Below, piece after piece: positions 20,012 through 34,000 of a stretch of DNA of 64,000 nt (within the stretch, counting starts at the first letter, position 1; every line of letters starts with the position of its first letter). Below the pieces are notes generated by a model. It had not been told where the DNA came from. It saw only the letters and a list, made by a program, of their open reading frames with translations, and ran no database searches. Origin of the DNA: an uncultured Pseudomonadales bacterium (lineage in GTDB: Bacteria; Pseudomonadota; Gammaproteobacteria; Pseudomonadales; UBA7434); NCBI GenBank assembly GCA_943787705.1, contig CALSNL010000002.1:451694-515693 (forward strand). The letters run 5' to 3'. The position numbers and the translations under genes were made by a program.

Positions 20012-21385
20012 ATGAAAATTGTGATATTGGGTGCAGGGCAAGTCGGCGGCACATTAGCAGAAAGTTTAGCCAACGAAAAAATGGATATCACCATTGTCGA
20101 TAGCGACGGCCCAAGGCTGCGCGAATTACAAGACAAGCTCGATATTGGTGTTATTAATGGTCATGCCGCTCACCCTGATGTTCTGCATAGCGCCGGCATA
20201 GAAGATGCCGACATGTTAGTCGCCGTAACCGGCTCTGACGAAATCAATATGCTTGCCTGTCAAATTGCTCATTCCATTTACCGCACACCCACCAAAATAT
20301 GCCGTATTCGCTCTAATAGCTATGTTGAGCAAAAAAGCTTATTTGCCAACGACGCCATACCCATTGACGTTATTATCGCGCCAGAAAAATTAGTCACTGA
20401 ACATATTATCGGCTTGCTCGAATATCCTGGTGCTTTACAAGTTATCGATTTTGCTAACAGTGCCGTTCAGCTGGTTGCTATTCGCGCCCAAGCTGGCGAT
20501 AAGTTTATTGGTGAAACGTTATATAACATCCAAAAAATGACGCCCAAACAAGATGCGCGTGTCGCCGCTATTTTCCGTGGCGATAGAGCGATTAAACCTG
20601 AGCGCTCCACAGAAATAGAACCGCTCGATGAAGTTTTTTATGTCGCTGCTAAAGAAAATATTCGCCCCGTTATGCGTGAGCTTGGACAACTAAGCCGGCC
20701 CTATAATCGCATTATGATTGCTGGCGGAGGTAATATTGGTTTACGTTTAGCGCAGGCAATAGAAAACCAATACTCAGTAAAAATTATTGAGCAAAATGGT
20801 GAACGCGCTGAAACGCTGTCTGAACAATTAAATAAAACTATCGTATTGCACGGTAGCGCTTCTGATACCGAATTACTTCACAGTGAAAATATTGACAGCA
20901 TTGATGTCTTTATTGCACTCACCAATGATGATGAAGCCAACATCATGTCTTCATTACTGGCCAAAAAATTAGGCGCCAGAAAAGTGATTACTTTAATTAC
21001 CAATCCTGCTTATGTTGATTTAGTTCAAGGCGAAGATATTGATATCGCCTTTGCGCCTCAGTTAATTACGCTAGGTAGTTTATTAACACATGTGCGACGT
21101 GGTGATATGGCAGCCGTGCATTCACTGCGACGCGGCGCTGCCGAAGCCTTAGAAATTATTGCCCACGGTGATAGTAAAAATTCTAAAGTGGTTGGCAAAT
21201 GCGTGGCCGATATCGAAACACCTAAAGGCGTTAGGATTGGCGCTATTGTGAGAGACGGTAAAGTATTTATTGCTCATCGTGATGTAGTGCTGGAAACCGA
21301 TGATCACGTTATTGTATTTTTGGCGGACAAAAAGCAAATACCCGCTGTAGAAGCCCTATTTCAAGTTGGTCTTGGGTTCTTTTAG
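20012..21385 (+). CDS. trkA: Trk potassium uptake system NAD-binding protein TrkA
   Basis: 457 aa with two Rossmann repeats (ILGAGQVGG and IAGGGNIG). Confidence 0.95.
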   Translation: MKIVILGAGQVGGTLAESLANEKMDITIVDSDGPRLRELQDKLDIGVINGHAAHPDVLHSAGIEDADMLVAVTGSDEINMLACQIAHSIYRTPTKICRIRSNSYVEQKSLFANDAIPIDVIIAPEKLVTEHIIGLLEYPGALQVIDFANSAVQLVAIRAQAGDKFIGETLYNIQKMTPKQDARVAAIFRGDRAIKPERSTEIEPLDEVFYVAAKENIRPVMRELGQLSRPYNRIMIAGGGNIGLRLAQAIENQYSVKIIEQNGERAETLSEQLNKTIVLHGSASDTELLHSENIDSIDVFIALTNDDEANIMSSLLAKKLGARKVITLITNPAYVDLVQGEDIDIAFAPQLITLGSLLTHVRRGDMAAVHSLRRGAAEALEIIAHGDSKNSKVVGKCVADIETPKGVRIGAIVRDGKVFIAHRDVVLETDDHVIVFLADKKQIPAVEALFQVGLGFF

Positions 21386-21468
21386 CCACTATATTACCTA
21401 CTTATATTAGCCACTATAAAAATAGGGTTTTTAGCTTTTTTGCTCGTCATATTGAGGTTGTCTAGTTT

Positions 21469-22929
21469 ATGCATTTTTCGATTATAGGTGCGCTGCTGGG
21501 TTTGCTGTTATTAATTTTCAGCTTAACCATGCTTATTCCCATACCTTTTGCTTTATGGTTTGGTGATGACACAATTCATGTTTTTGTTTCCGCGTTTGCA
21601 ATAACCGCTGCAACAGGTGCCGCGCTTTGGCTGCCAAATAGAAAAATTAAACACACTTTAAGAACCCGTGATGGTTTTTTAATTACCGCATTATTCTGGC
21701 TGGTACTAGGTTTATTCGGTGCGCTGCCATTGTTTTTATCTGACGCACCCAACCTCTCTATTACCGATGCTATCTTTGAATCTATATCTGGTTTAACCAC
21801 CACCGGTGCCACCGTTATTACGGGTCTTGATGATTTACCTAAATCGATTCTTTACTATCGCCAACAACTTCAATGGTTAGGCGGTATTGGTATTATTGTT
21901 ATCGCCATAGCTATTTTACCCATGCTAGGTGTTGGTGGTATGCAATTGTATCGGGCAGAAACACCCGGCCCGATGAAAGACAATAAATTAACCCCGCGTA
22001 TTACTGGCACAGCAAAAGCGTTATTCACTATTTATGTTTTAATGACCATAGGATGCGGCATTACCTATTGGATTGCTGGCATGTCGGCTTTTGATGCATT
22101 AGCCCATAGTTTTTCTACGGTTGCGATAGGTGGGTTTAGTACCCATGATGCCAGTATGGGTTATTTTGATAATCCTATTATTTTATCGGTGGCTGTGGTC
22201 TATATGCTGTTAGCTGGTGTTAATTTCGCTTTGCATTATTTTTCATATCATAACCGTTCACTTAAGGTGTATAGCAAAGACGCTGAATTCCGCTTTTATA
22301 TTTTAATAAACGTATTAGCTATGGCCGTTGTAGTCGCTGGCTTATTACTGCTTAGCGACAGCACACTGAATTTTAGTTGGCAAGAAAGTATTGTGCAGGG
22401 TGTTTTTCAGGTCGTATCCTTAGCAACCACTACCGGTTTCGCTTCTAGTGATTACACACAATGGCCCACTTTTATTCCTGTGTTTATGTTTTTGCTCGCC
22501 TTTATGGGTGCCTCTGCCGGCTCCACAGGCGGCGGTATGAAAGTGATTCGTGTTCTATTAATTGTTAAACAAGGTTACAGAGAATTAGTAAGGCTTGTGC
22601 ACCCGAATGCGGTTATCCCTATTAAAATTGGCGACCGACCGGTTTCTGATCGTGTTATAGGCGCTGTTTGGAGCTTCTTTGCTATTTATATTTTGGTCTA
22701 TATTTTTATGATGCTATTAATTCTAGCAACAGGATTAGATTTTCTAACGGCTTTTTCCGCCGTCGGTGCCAGTATTAATAACCTGGGTCCGGGTCTTGGC
22801 GATGTCGCCGCCCATTATGGCGACATTCCAGCAACCGCAAAGTGGGTACTATGCCTAGCCATGTTATTGGGCCGTCTTGAAGTGTTTACATTGCTGGTGC
22901 TATTTACTCCGGCATTTTGGCGAAAATAA
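21469..22929 (+). CDS. trkH: Trk potassium uptake system membrane protein TrkH
   Basis: 486 aa polytopic protein with repeated selectivity-like loops: SGLTTTGATV, VAIGGFSTHD, TTTGFASSD, NNLGPGLG. Confidence 0.94.
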   Translation: MHFSIIGALLGLLLLIFSLTMLIPIPFALWFGDDTIHVFVSAFAITAATGAALWLPNRKIKHTLRTRDGFLITALFWLVLGLFGALPLFLSDAPNLSITDAIFESISGLTTTGATVITGLDDLPKSILYYRQQLQWLGGIGIIVIAIAILPMLGVGGMQLYRAETPGPMKDNKLTPRITGTAKALFTIYVLMTIGCGITYWIAGMSAFDALAHSFSTVAIGGFSTHDASMGYFDNPIILSVAVVYMLLAGVNFALHYFSYHNRSLKVYSKDAEFRFYILINVLAMAVVVAGLLLLSDSTLNFSWQESIVQGVFQVVSLATTTGFASSDYTQWPTFIPVFMFLLAFMGASAGSTGGGMKVIRVLLIVKQGYRELVRLVHPNAVIPIKIGDRPVSDRVIGAVWSFFAIYILVYIFMMLLILATGLDFLTAFSAVGASINNLGPGLGDVAAHYGDIPATAKWVLCLAMLLGRLEVFTLLVLFTPAFWRK

Positions 22930-23104
22930 TGCCTATAATTTCAGATATGAGTTTTACCTATCACATTTAAAAGAGCAGAAAAAAACCACCGTTAAGGTAT
23001 AATCGCGCGCGTTAAAGAGCCGCAACTTCGATTATTGCAAATGATGTTGCAAGGCCGTGTCGTTTTACCTTTTTCCTATTTCTTAGCATGAGTGATTTTA
23101 AGCA

Positions 23105-24136
23105 GTGTCCGATTCTAATAACAGTGCAACGAACAGCACCAAAAAAAATCTAATTAATGGATCAGAGGAGCCTCTGACATTCCAGGAATTGATTTTGACA
23201 TTACAAAACTACTGGGCGAAGCATGGCTGTGTCATTTTGCAGCCACTCGATATGGAAGTAGGCGCAGGTACTTTTCACCCTGCCACATTTTTGCGTTCCA
23301 TAGGTCCTGAAACTTGGAATGCGGCCTATGTTCAGCCTTGCCGCCGTCCAACCGACGGTCGCTATGGTGATAATCCCAATCGATTACAACACTATTATCA
23401 ATTTCAAGTAGCGCTAAAACCGTCGCCCGACAATATCCAACAATTGTATTTAGACTCACTCTATGAAATCGGTATTGATCCTAAGGTCCACGATATTCGC
23501 TTTGTTGAAGATAACTGGGAATCACCAACGCTTGGCGCATGGGGCCTAGGTTGGGAAATTTGGTTAAACGGCATGGAAGTTACTCAGTTCACTTACTTTC
23601 AACAAGTCGGCGGTATTGAATGTTATCCCGTGACTGGCGAAATCACTTACGGACTCGAACGAATAGCAATGTATTTGCAGGGTGTTGATAGCATTTACGA
23701 TTTGGTCTGGACTAAAAATGAACACGGTAGCGTTAGCTATGGTGATGTATTCCATCAAAATGAAGTTGAAATGTCAGCTTATAATTTTGAACATGCCAAT
23801 GTCGATTTTCTGTTTCAATTTTTCGATGAGTGTGAAACTGAAAGCCAAAAATTAATCGAAGCGGGTCTTCCACTTCCGGCTTATGAACAAGTAATGAAAG
23901 CATCACATGCATTTAATTTATTAGATGCACGGCATGCCATTTCAGTGACTGAGCGACAGCGATTTATTTTACGCGTTAGAACCTTAGCGCGTGCAGTTGC
24001 CGAAGCCTATTATAAAAAACGTGCCGAACTCGGCTTTCCACTTGCAGAGGAATCGTTAAGATTGGACGCACTCGCTAAATTTGAAAAAGAAAATACTAAG
24101 AAAGATAAAAAAGGCAAAAAGGAGGCGGGACAATGA
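23105..24136 (+). CDS. glyQ: glycine--tRNA ligase alpha subunit
   Basis: 343 aa with a GTG start. [18 protein letters not shown]...[27 protein letters not shown] overlap with glyS. Confidence 0.95.
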   Translation: MSDSNNSATNSTKKNLINGSEEPLTFQELILTLQNYWAKHGCVILQPLDMEVGAGTFHPATFLRSIGPETWNAAYVQPCRRPTDGRYGDNPNRLQHYYQFQVALKPSPDNIQQLYLDSLYEIGIDPKVHDIRFVEDNWESPTLGAWGLGWEIWLNGMEVTQFTYFQQVGGIECYPVTGEITYGLERIAMYLQGVDSIYDLVWTKNEHGSVSYGDVFHQNEVEMSAYNFEHANVDFLFQFFDECETESQKLIEAGLPLPAYEQVMKASHAFNLLDARHAISVTERQRFILRVRTLARAVAEAYYKKRAELGFPLAEESLRLDALAKFEKENTKKDKKGKKEAGQ

Positions 24137-26229
24137 ATACCACCGCTAACTGTTTAATAGAATTAGGTACTGAAGAATTACCGCCAACCGCTTTAAAAGC
24201 GCTTTCAGCTGCTTTTGAACAAGGGTTATTAGCCGGTTTGCGAAGCGCTGATTTAAGCTTTAACGCCGATAACGTTAAAAGCTTCGCCACACCTCGTCGA
24301 CTCGCTATTTTAATTTCTGATTTACAAACCCAACAGCCGGATAAAAATATAGAAAAATTAGGTCCTGCTGTTGCTGCTGCCTATGATAAAGAAGGCAAGC
24401 CAAGTAAAGCCGCAGAAGGGTTTGCTCGTAGTAACGGTATTAGTTTCGATGAGCTAATCACCATTAATACCGATAAAGGTGAACGCCTTGGATTCAGAAG
24501 TGTTGCTAAAGGAAAGGCGACTGCAGAATTACTTGAAGGTCTTATTGCTGCGTCCTTGGATGCATTACCCATTCCCAAGCGTATGCGCTGGGGTGCTTCG
24601 CGAGCTGAGTTTGTCCGACCCGTGCAGTGGTTGGTTGCACTCTTAGATTCAGATCCGGTTAACTGCACTATATTAGGTGTACAGTCTGGGTCACAAAGTT
24701 TTGGTCATCGCTTTCATGCGCCGGCACCCATCACTATTAATAGTGCACTTAGCTATGAAAACCAATTACTTGAAGAAGGCCATGTTATTGCTGACTTCGA
24801 CAAGCGTCGCGAAGCTATTGCAATACAAGTTGCCGAACTTGCTAAGACAGTTAATGGCGTAGCCGTTATTGAAGACGACCTGCTTGATGAAGTGACGGCA
24901 TTAGTTGAGCAACCCTTTGCCCTCATTGGCAATTTTGATAGCGAGTTTCTTTCGGTGCCTCAAGAAGCACTTATCTATTCAATGAGTGAGCACCAGAAAT
25001 ATTTTCATATCGTTGATAATAATAATCACTTACTGCCTAACTTTATTACCGTTAGTAATATCAACAGTATCGACCCTAGTAAGGTCGTTAGTGGTAACGA
25101 ACGCGTTATTCGTCCGAGACTTGCCGATGCTGCTTTCTTTTTTGAAACGGATAAAAAGTTATCTATGGCGTCTTTAAGAGAGCGCTTAAAATCAATTGTA
25201 TTCCAAAAACAGCTAGGTACGGTTTTTGAAAAAACCGAACGTATTGGTCTGCTTGCTGAAGGTTTAGCTGCCTCTCAAAATACTGATGATGCTGAAGCAG
25301 CAAAATTAGCTGGGCAATTATGTAAAGCTGATCTTGCTTCCGATATGGTTTTAGAATTCGATAAGATGCAGGGTACCGCCGGTGGCTACTATGCATTAAA
25401 TGAAGGTTTATCCGATGCCGTAGCGGCTGCTATTAAATCTCACTACTTGCCAAAATTTGCAGGCGATCAAGTACCGCAAGGTAATACCGCTTGTGCCGTT
25501 GCACTCGCCGACCGCCTAGATACCTTAACTGGCATTTTTGGCATTGGCCAAGAGCCCTCTGGTTCAAAAGATCCTTTTGCGCTTCGTCGCGCATCGATTG
25601 GTATTCTACAAATCATTTTGCAAAACCAGCTGCCACTCAATATTAATGAATGGGTGGCGCGCGCCGTAGCACAGCATTCTGTGATTAAAGATCCAGAATC
25701 GACAACTGCACGCGTTGTCGATTATTTATTTGATCGCTTTGCTGCTGTATATCAAGATCAAGGTTTACCGGTTGAAGTATTCGCTGCTGTTAAAGCTAAC
25801 AAAGTCAGTAGCCCTTTAGATTTTAATGCCCGCGTACAAGCTGTTGCTGCATTTATTAAAACCAGTGAAAGTGAAAGTCTTGCCGGTGCCAATAAACGTG
25901 TAAGCAATATTCTTGAAAAGTCTGAAGTCACCGTAACGGCTTCTGATTTTAATGCAGCACTTCTTGTTGAAGCCGCTGAAATTGCACTCGCTGATGCTAT
26001 TGAAATAAAAGAAGCTGAGGTTCAGCCGCTTTTTGATCAAGCTAATTATCGTGATGGTTTATTAAAATTAACTGAACTTAAAGACAGTATTGATGCCTTC
26101 TTTGATGGCGTAATGGTTAATGCTGATGACCCAACACTTAAGAATAATCGTCTGGCATTATTATCTCGTTTGCGCGCACTATTCTTACATGTTGCTGATA
26201 TCTCTTTACTCGCGCCGCAAAAGCGCTAA
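24133..26229 (+). CDS. glyS: glycine--tRNA ligase beta subunit
   Basis: 698 aa. [12 protein letters not shown]-terminus, translationally coupled to glyQ. Confidence 0.95.
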   Translation: MNTTANCLIELGTEELPPTALKALSAAFEQGLLAGLRSADLSFNADNVKSFATPRRLAILISDLQTQQPDKNIEKLGPAVAAAYDKEGKPSKAAEGFARSNGISFDELITINTDKGERLGFRSVAKGKATAELLEGLIAASLDALPIPKRMRWGASRAEFVRPVQWLVALLDSDPVNCTILGVQSGSQSFGHRFHAPAPITINSALSYENQLLEEGHVIADFDKRREAIAIQVAELAKTVNGVAVIEDDLLDEVTALVEQPFALIGNFDSEFLSVPQEALIYSMSEHQKYFHIVDNNNHLLPNFITVSNINSIDPSKVVSGNERVIRPRLADAAFFFETDKKLSMASLRERLKSIVFQKQLGTVFEKTERIGLLAEGLAASQNTDDAEAAKLAGQLCKADLASDMVLEFDKMQGTAGGYYALNEGLSDAVAAAIKSHYLPKFAGDQVPQGNTACAVALADRLDTLTGIFGIGQEPSGSKDPFALRRASIGILQIILQNQLPLNINEWVARAVAQHSVIKDPESTTARVVDYLFDRFAAVYQDQGLPVEVFAAVKANKVSSPLDFNARVQAVAAFIKTSESESLAGANKRVSNILEKSEVTVTASDFNAALLVEAAEIALADAIEIKEAEVQPLFDQANYRDGLLKLTELKDSIDAFFDGVMVNADDPTLKNNRLALLSRLRALFLHVADISLLAPQKR

Positions 26230-26272
26230 CTGAGCTTAAAAGCATATGAAAAAGTTTTAAGGGACTTGAAGC

Positions 26273-26995
26273 GTGATTCTGTTTTTAAAAGGTAAATGTT
26301 TTTATTTTTTCTATTTTTTATCCGTTTTTTGGTTCGGCGTAACAGGCGGTTTAATTTTTTGGCTGCCTTACCGTTTTAGATTCTTTTACATATCCCTTTG
26401 GAATCGGATGATTGTTGCCTTAGCGCGCATTTTTATCGGTGTTAAAGTTAACGTCATTGGCCGCGAAAATATCCCATCAACACCCTGCGTGATAATGTGT
26501 AAACACCAATCAGAATGGGAAACGTTTTATTTACAGACTATTTTCCCTCACCTATGCACTATCCTTAAAAAAGAACTATTAAGCATTCCATTTTTTGGTT
26601 GGGCATTAAGGCAAATGGAACCGATAGCGATTGATCGCTCATCACCAAAAGATGCGTTACGCAAAGTACAGTCGTTAGGCTTAAAACGGTTAGAGCAAGG
26701 GAGGTCTGTATTGATTTTTCCGGAAGGGACCCGAGTTAAACCCGGTGAACGTGGTCGCTATGCTCGCAGTGGTGCAAATCTCGCCATAGCCAGCGAGTCA
26801 CTGATTTTACCTATCGCACATAATGCCGGTGTGTATTGGCAAAATAAACAAAAGAAAAAAGCCGGTATGATTACTTTTGTTATTGGCGCGCCTGTCACTA
26901 CAGCTGACAAATCTGCCAAGCAGTTAATTAATGAAGTTGAAACATGGATTGAAGAGCAATCGATGGCGTTATTAACGACGGCTAATAATGCTTAA
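26273..26995 (+). CDS. plsC: 1-acyl-sn-glycerol-3-phosphate acyltransferase family protein (LptA/PlsC-like)
   Basis: 240 aa. Acyltransferase blocks KHQSEWET and FPEGTR. Sits beside gyrB, like Pseudomonas lptA. Confidence 0.8.
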   Translation: MILFLKGKCFYFFYFLSVFWFGVTGGLIFWLPYRFRFFYISLWNRMIVALARIFIGVKVNVIGRENIPSTPCVIMCKHQSEWETFYLQTIFPHLCTILKKELLSIPFFGWALRQMEPIAIDRSSPKDALRKVQSLGLKRLEQGRSVLIFPEGTRVKPGERGRYARSGANLAIASESLILPIAHNAGVYWQNKQKKKAGMITFVIGAPVTTADKSAKQLINEVETWIEEQSMALLTTANNA

Positions 26996-27023
26996 CCGCC
27001 ATATTTTATTCACTCCTAAAGAT

Positions 27024-29525
<2,502 letters not shown>

Positions 29526-29670
29526 CTAAAACAATAAAAATCAATTGCTTAGCGGTATTTATAACCGCATATTGTGTGATGATATTCGGCCTGAGTCAAC
29601 CTAATATACAGGTAGTTTGAGCCCTCAAATCAGCAGCTATAAGCGCCTTATTTCAACGCCGCACAACGGC

Positions 29671-30783
29671 TTATCCTAAGCTTTGCGTCTCTTCTGTTTC
29701 ACCCTTCAATACCTGAAAAACCTTTAAGTATTTAAGCTTTTCCCACGGCTGGTTGACCAAATCATCGGCCACTACACAGGTCATAAATAATTGAATATCT
29801 AAGCTATCGAGTAAGCTGCATAACTTGCCTTGGTGAGAAGCATCAATCTCTGCAGGAAGGTCATCAATTAACAAGACACACTTCTTCTGAGTGGTCTTTA
29901 CCATTAAATCGCATTGGGCTAAGCGTAATGCACAGACAACTAACTTTTGCTGCCCTCTTGATAACACCTGCCCCGCATTCAAACCGTTTATTTGTAACTT
30001 TATATCTGCCCTATGTGGGCCATAATGCGTAAACCCTCGCCGTAAATCACGATCTATACTCAACGCCAACACATCACTTAAAGACTTCTCTGCGTCCCAG
30101 CCTCGGCTGTAAGAAACCGATAATTCAGGGAGATCAACCAATCTTTCAAGAAAACCAACGAAAACCGGATAAAAAGAGTCGAAATACCTCAACCTAGCCT
30201 TATCAACTAACTCTGAGGCCTCTATCAACTCTTGATCCCAAGCAGACAGTGTACGTTTATTTGCTTTACCTGATCGAAGAGCGGCATTTCGCTGCTTTAA
30301 ACATCGCTGCATTCGTCGCCAAGAATCATAAAACGAATGTTCCACGTGAAACACACCCCAATCCATAAACTGCCGTCGCTGCTTAGGGCCACCCTCAAGT
30401 AATGTATACGCTGAAGAGTCTATTAATTGGATAGGAAGAGTTTCAGCCAGACGGATCAAGCTTTTTTCATCCTGGCCATCAATTCTAATACGGAAACCGC
30501 CTCTTTTAGCCCGCTTTACACCAACTGAAAGTGCTGGCTGGTCATCATGAAGCACTTTACCAAAAACCGTACAGGTATCCTGATGGTATTGAATAACCGG
30601 TTGTAACTGCGTGCCGCGAAAAGATCGCGCCAACCCAAGAATATGGATAGCTTCGAGAATAGAGGTTTTACCGGCACCATTAGGCCCAGAAAAAATATTA
30701 ATCTGTGCAAAATCTTGAATAGATACGGAAGAGAGGTTGCGGACACCAGAAATTTCAAGCTCTGAAAGTTTCACGTGAAACAA
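29671..30783 (-). CDS. recF: DNA replication and repair protein RecF
   Basis: 370 aa with a TTG start. Walker A GPNGAGKTS. LLIDDLPAEID signature region. Confidence 0.95.
   Translation of the reverse strand: MFHVKLSELEISGVRNLSSVSIQDFAQINIFSGPNGAGKTSILEAIHILGLARSFRGTQLQPVIQYHQDTCTVFGKVLHDDQPALSVGVKRAKRGGFRIRIDGQDEKSLIRLAETLPIQLIDSSAYTLLEGGPKQRRQFMDWGVFHVEHSFYDSWRRMQRCLKQRNAALRSGKANKRTLSAWDQELIEASELVDKARLRYFDSFYPVFVGFLERLVDLPELSVSYSRGWDAEKSLSDVLALSIDRDLRRGFTHYGPHRADIKLQINGLNAGQVLSRGQQKLVVCALRLAQCDLMVKTTQKKCVLLIDDLPAEIDASHQGKLCSLLDSLDIQLFMTCVVADDLVNQPWEKLKYLKVFQVLKGETEETQSLG
30338..30353. promoter_or_regulatory. parS (ParB-binding) site inside recF
   Basis: TGTTCCACGTGAAACA fits the 16 bp palindromic consensus TGTT(T/C)CACGTG(A/G)AACA at all positions. 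Confidence 0.75.
30767..30782. promoter_or_regulatory. parS (ParB-binding) site overlapping the recF start codon
   Basis: The plus strand reads AGTTTCACGTGAAACA, 15 of 16 matches to TGTTTCACGTGAAACA. The 14 bp core palindrome GTTTCACGTGAAAC is perfect. It encodes the recF codons for M-F-H-V-K. Confidence 0.7.
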
Positions 30784-30913
30784 TGCCCGCTATTAAATCG
30801 CAACAACTGTAGCGAAAGAAAAGAAGGGCACAGAGAAATGGTGACAGCAGTCGTTAAAAATAATGAGGTAAAAAAGCAATAACTCATAGGGGCTAGGCCG
30901 CTAGCACCCTCCT

Positions 30914-32026
30914 TTATAAACGCATCGGCATAACAACGTACAGGGCATTATTATCAGTGTCACCATCCTGAACCAAAGCACTACTATTAGAATCCGACAG
31001 CGTCATTGTAACCTGATCACTTTTGAGGGCACCCAAAACGTCAATCAGATAACTTACGTTAAAACCCATCTCAACGCTATCTCCTTGATAACTAACGGAA
31101 ACCTCTTCATGAGCCTCTTCCTGCTCAGGGTTATTCGCTTGAATACCGACCATTCCATCACTCAGTGTAAAGCGAATACCGCGGAATTTCTCATTCGACA
31201 AAATCGCCGAACGTGAAAGAGCAGACTTAAGCTCAGCTCTTTCTGCAGAGACTATTTTGTTTCCACCTTTAGGTAGAACACGCTCATAATCAGGGAATTT
31301 TCCGTCAACCAGTTTAGAGACAAACACCATACCATTGGTTGTCGCTCTAATATGGTTAGCGCCAAACTCAATAGTTATAGGCGCTGATTCGTCAGACAAT
31401 AATCGTGTAAGCTCAACAACCCCTTTACGAGGAACAATAAACTGCTGTTTATCGCCCTGGATTTCATCGACTAAGTCAATATGGGCAATCGCCAAACGAT
31501 GACCATCAGTAGCAACAGCCTTAAGCTTATTACCCGAAAGCTCCCACAACATGCCGTTCAAATAGTATCTAACATCTTGTTGCGCCATTGAGAAAGCCGT
31601 GCGATCGATTAACTGAGCAAAGTCTCCTTGATTGACCGTAGCAGAAAAGCTGCTTTCATCCTTCTGAACTGAAGGAAAATCAGCCGCTGGTAATGTCGCC
31701 AATGTGTATCGACTGCGACCACTCTTAACAACAGCCTTGCCTTGCTCTAACGAAAAAGATATGTCGCACGAATCAGGAAGCGACTTACAAATATCCACTA
31801 GCTTTCTTGCGGGCACGGTAATGTCACCATTCTTATCGGCGGCATCATCCAAAGCGATAGTGGCACTTAACTCAACTTCTAAATCGGTGCCGGTTATAAC
31901 CAGCTTGTTACCACTCGCTATAATCAATAGATTAGACAATATAGGCATTGTCTGACGGCGCTCTACAGCACCCGCTACGATTGTCAGTGGACGAAGAAGC
32001 GCTTCGCGATTGACTGAAAATTTCAT
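30914..32026 (-). CDS. dnaN: DNA polymerase III beta sliding clamp
   Basis: 370 aa. MKFSVNREALLRPL...ILSNLLI...VVMPMRL. Confidence 0.97.
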   Translation of the reverse strand: MKFSVNREALLRPLTIVAGAVERRQTMPILSNLLIIASGNKLVITGTDLEVELSATIALDDAADKNGDITVPARKLVDICKSLPDSCDISFSLEQGKAVVKSGRSRYTLATLPAADFPSVQKDESSFSATVNQGDFAQLIDRTAFSMAQQDVRYYLNGMLWELSGNKLKAVATDGHRLAIAHIDLVDEIQGDKQQFIVPRKGVVELTRLLSDESAPITIEFGANHIRATTNGMVFVSKLVDGKFPDYERVLPKGGNKIVSAERAELKSALSRSAILSNEKFRGIRFTLSDGMVGIQANNPEQEEAHEEVSVSYQGDSVEMGFNVSYLIDVLGALKSDQVTMTLSDSNSSALVQDGDTDNNALYVVMPMRL

Positions 32027-32129
32027 CTTTATTTAAATCTCCGGTTGAGCGTTTTACGATATTTCGTTAAGCGCCAATCTCTATAAAAAGTGACTGTTGT
32101 AATATAGCCTTATTTAAACATTCAAGGGA

Positions 32130-33854
32130 TTAAGTGGCCAGCGTACGGAGCAAGTTCTGATAATCTTCACGAATATCAGAGCTAGTTTCACGTAGCTCTT
32201 TAATCTTTCTACAAGCATGTAAAACAGTGGTGTGGTCACGACCACCAAACGCGTCGCCAATTTCAGGCAAACTATGATTAGTAAGCTCCTTAGCCAAAGC
32301 CATTGCCATTTGTCGAGGCCTAGCGACCGAACGACTTCTTCGCTTTGACATTAAATCAGCCACTTTAATTTTGTAGTATTCAGCCGTGGTTCGCTGGATA
32401 TTATCAATACTGACCTGTTTATCTTGAAGCGCCAATAAATCTTTCAGTGACTCTTTTATTAACGGAACATCAACTGGACATTTAGTGAAGTGAGCACTTG
32501 CTATCACTCTTTTTAAAGCCCCTTCTAGCTCTCGAACATTAGAACGAACCCGTTGCGCCAAAAAGAAAGCAGCATCGTGTGGTAATTCAACTTTGGCTTG
32601 CTCAGCTTTGGCCATTAGAATAGCGACTCGAGTTTCCAGCTCCGGAGGCTCTACAGACACCGTTAAACCCCAACCAAAACGCGATTTTAGTCGCTCTTCA
32701 ACGCCTCGGATTTCTTTAGGGTAACGATCGCAAGTCAAAATCATTTGCTGCCCCCCTTCTAACAAAGCATTAAAAGTATGGAAAAACTCCTCTTGCGAAC
32801 GCTCTTTGTTAGCAAAAAACTGAATATCATCGATCAATAAAGCATCAACCGACCGGTAATAACGCTTAAAATCATTGATCGCATTTAACTGTAAAGCTTT
32901 AACCATATCAGCAACAAAGCGTTCAGAATGAAGATACACCACCTTGGCGTTTGGCTTAACTGCTTGCAAAGCATTACCAACTGCATGCATTAAATGCGTC
33001 TTACCTAGACCAACACCGCCATATAAAAACAAAGGATTATAAGAACCCCCTGGGTTCTCAACCACCTGCATAGCAGCAGCGCGAGCAAGCTGATTTGACT
33101 TACCCTCTACAAAATTATCGAAGCGGTAAGCAGGAATAAGATTATTTTGATGACTAGGCGAATCACCGACATCATCACTCACTCTAGCGCGCCGCGAGCG
33201 AGTCGCTGTATTCCTACTACTATGAAGGAGATTCTCTGATGAGACGTTATTATCTCTGGGTCGACCACGACGCTCCACACCCTCTGGGCTACCCTTGACC
33301 AAAACCGAAGCATGACTTAACTGCTCTAGAGAACCATCCGTCAATACATTTGCAGATGAATCAGGCTCTGACAACGATGCTGAAGCCAGTGATTGTGTGG
33401 GTGAGGTGGGTGGCGAGGCAAAAGCCATAGCGTGGTTCGCTTTATCGGCAACATTCACCACCAGAGAACGACGATCAACTGAAGGGTGTGCTTGAACAGG
33501 AACGTCCACAGAGACAGTGCTGGTTAGTGAGGAAGCAGCAAAGCCACTAGAAGCTGTATTTGAACTCTGTTCTTGCACAGAAATAGTGACCGAAGGCGGC
33601 TCACCCTCTGAAAGCATTTTAGTAAGCTCAAGAATCCTATCCATAAACTTATCGGCGACCCAATCTTTAATAAAGCGATTAGGTGCAAGCAGGAGGAAAC
33701 CAGCTTCAGACGACTCCACCTGTAAGGGTCGAATCCAGGTATTAAATTGCTGAGCTGGCAATTCATCCTGCAAATAATCTACACACCTGTTCCATATTAG
33801 GTGCCAAGTAGGCTGCGACAATCGATATCCCCCAAAAAACCAAAGCCACTTCAC
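32130..33854 (-). CDS. dnaA: chromosomal replication initiator DnaA (unusually long domain II linker)
   Basis: 574 aa as tracked; a TTG at 33821 is an alternative start. Domain [29 protein letters not shown]+ region [14 protein letters not shown]-terminal DNA-binding region [15 protein letters not shown]. Confidence 0.96.
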   Translation of the reverse strand: MKWLWFFGGYRLSQPTWHLIWNRCVDYLQDELPAQQFNTWIRPLQVESSEAGFLLLAPNRFIKDWVADKFMDRILELTKMLSEGEPPSVTISVQEQSSNTASSGFAASSLTSTVSVDVPVQAHPSVDRRSLVVNVADKANHAMAFASPPTSPTQSLASASLSEPDSSANVLTDGSLEQLSHASVLVKGSPEGVERRGRPRDNNVSSENLLHSSRNTATRSRRARVSDDVGDSPSHQNNLIPAYRFDNFVEGKSNQLARAAAMQVVENPGGSYNPLFLYGGVGLGKTHLMHAVGNALQAVKPNAKVVYLHSERFVADMVKALQLNAINDFKRYYRSVDALLIDDIQFFANKERSQEEFFHTFNALLEGGQQMILTCDRYPKEIRGVEERLKSRFGWGLTVSVEPPELETRVAILMAKAEQAKVELPHDAAFFLAQRVRSNVRELEGALKRVIASAHFTKCPVDVPLIKESLKDLLALQDKQVSIDNIQRTTAEYYKIKVADLMSKRRSRSVARPRQMAMALAKELTNHSLPEIGDAFGGRDHTTVLHACRKIKELRETSSDIREDYQNLLRTLAT

Positions 33855-34000
33855 CTAGTTAATAGAGGTGTAACACAGCATTATGGTCATAGTTCTAATT
33901 TTAGAATTACTAAAGGCTCCAAGAACGCTACCAGCATAAAAAATCACTAGAAATACTTAGGCCTAGAAAAGAGGCGCAATTGTAGCGGCAAAGAGTAGAC

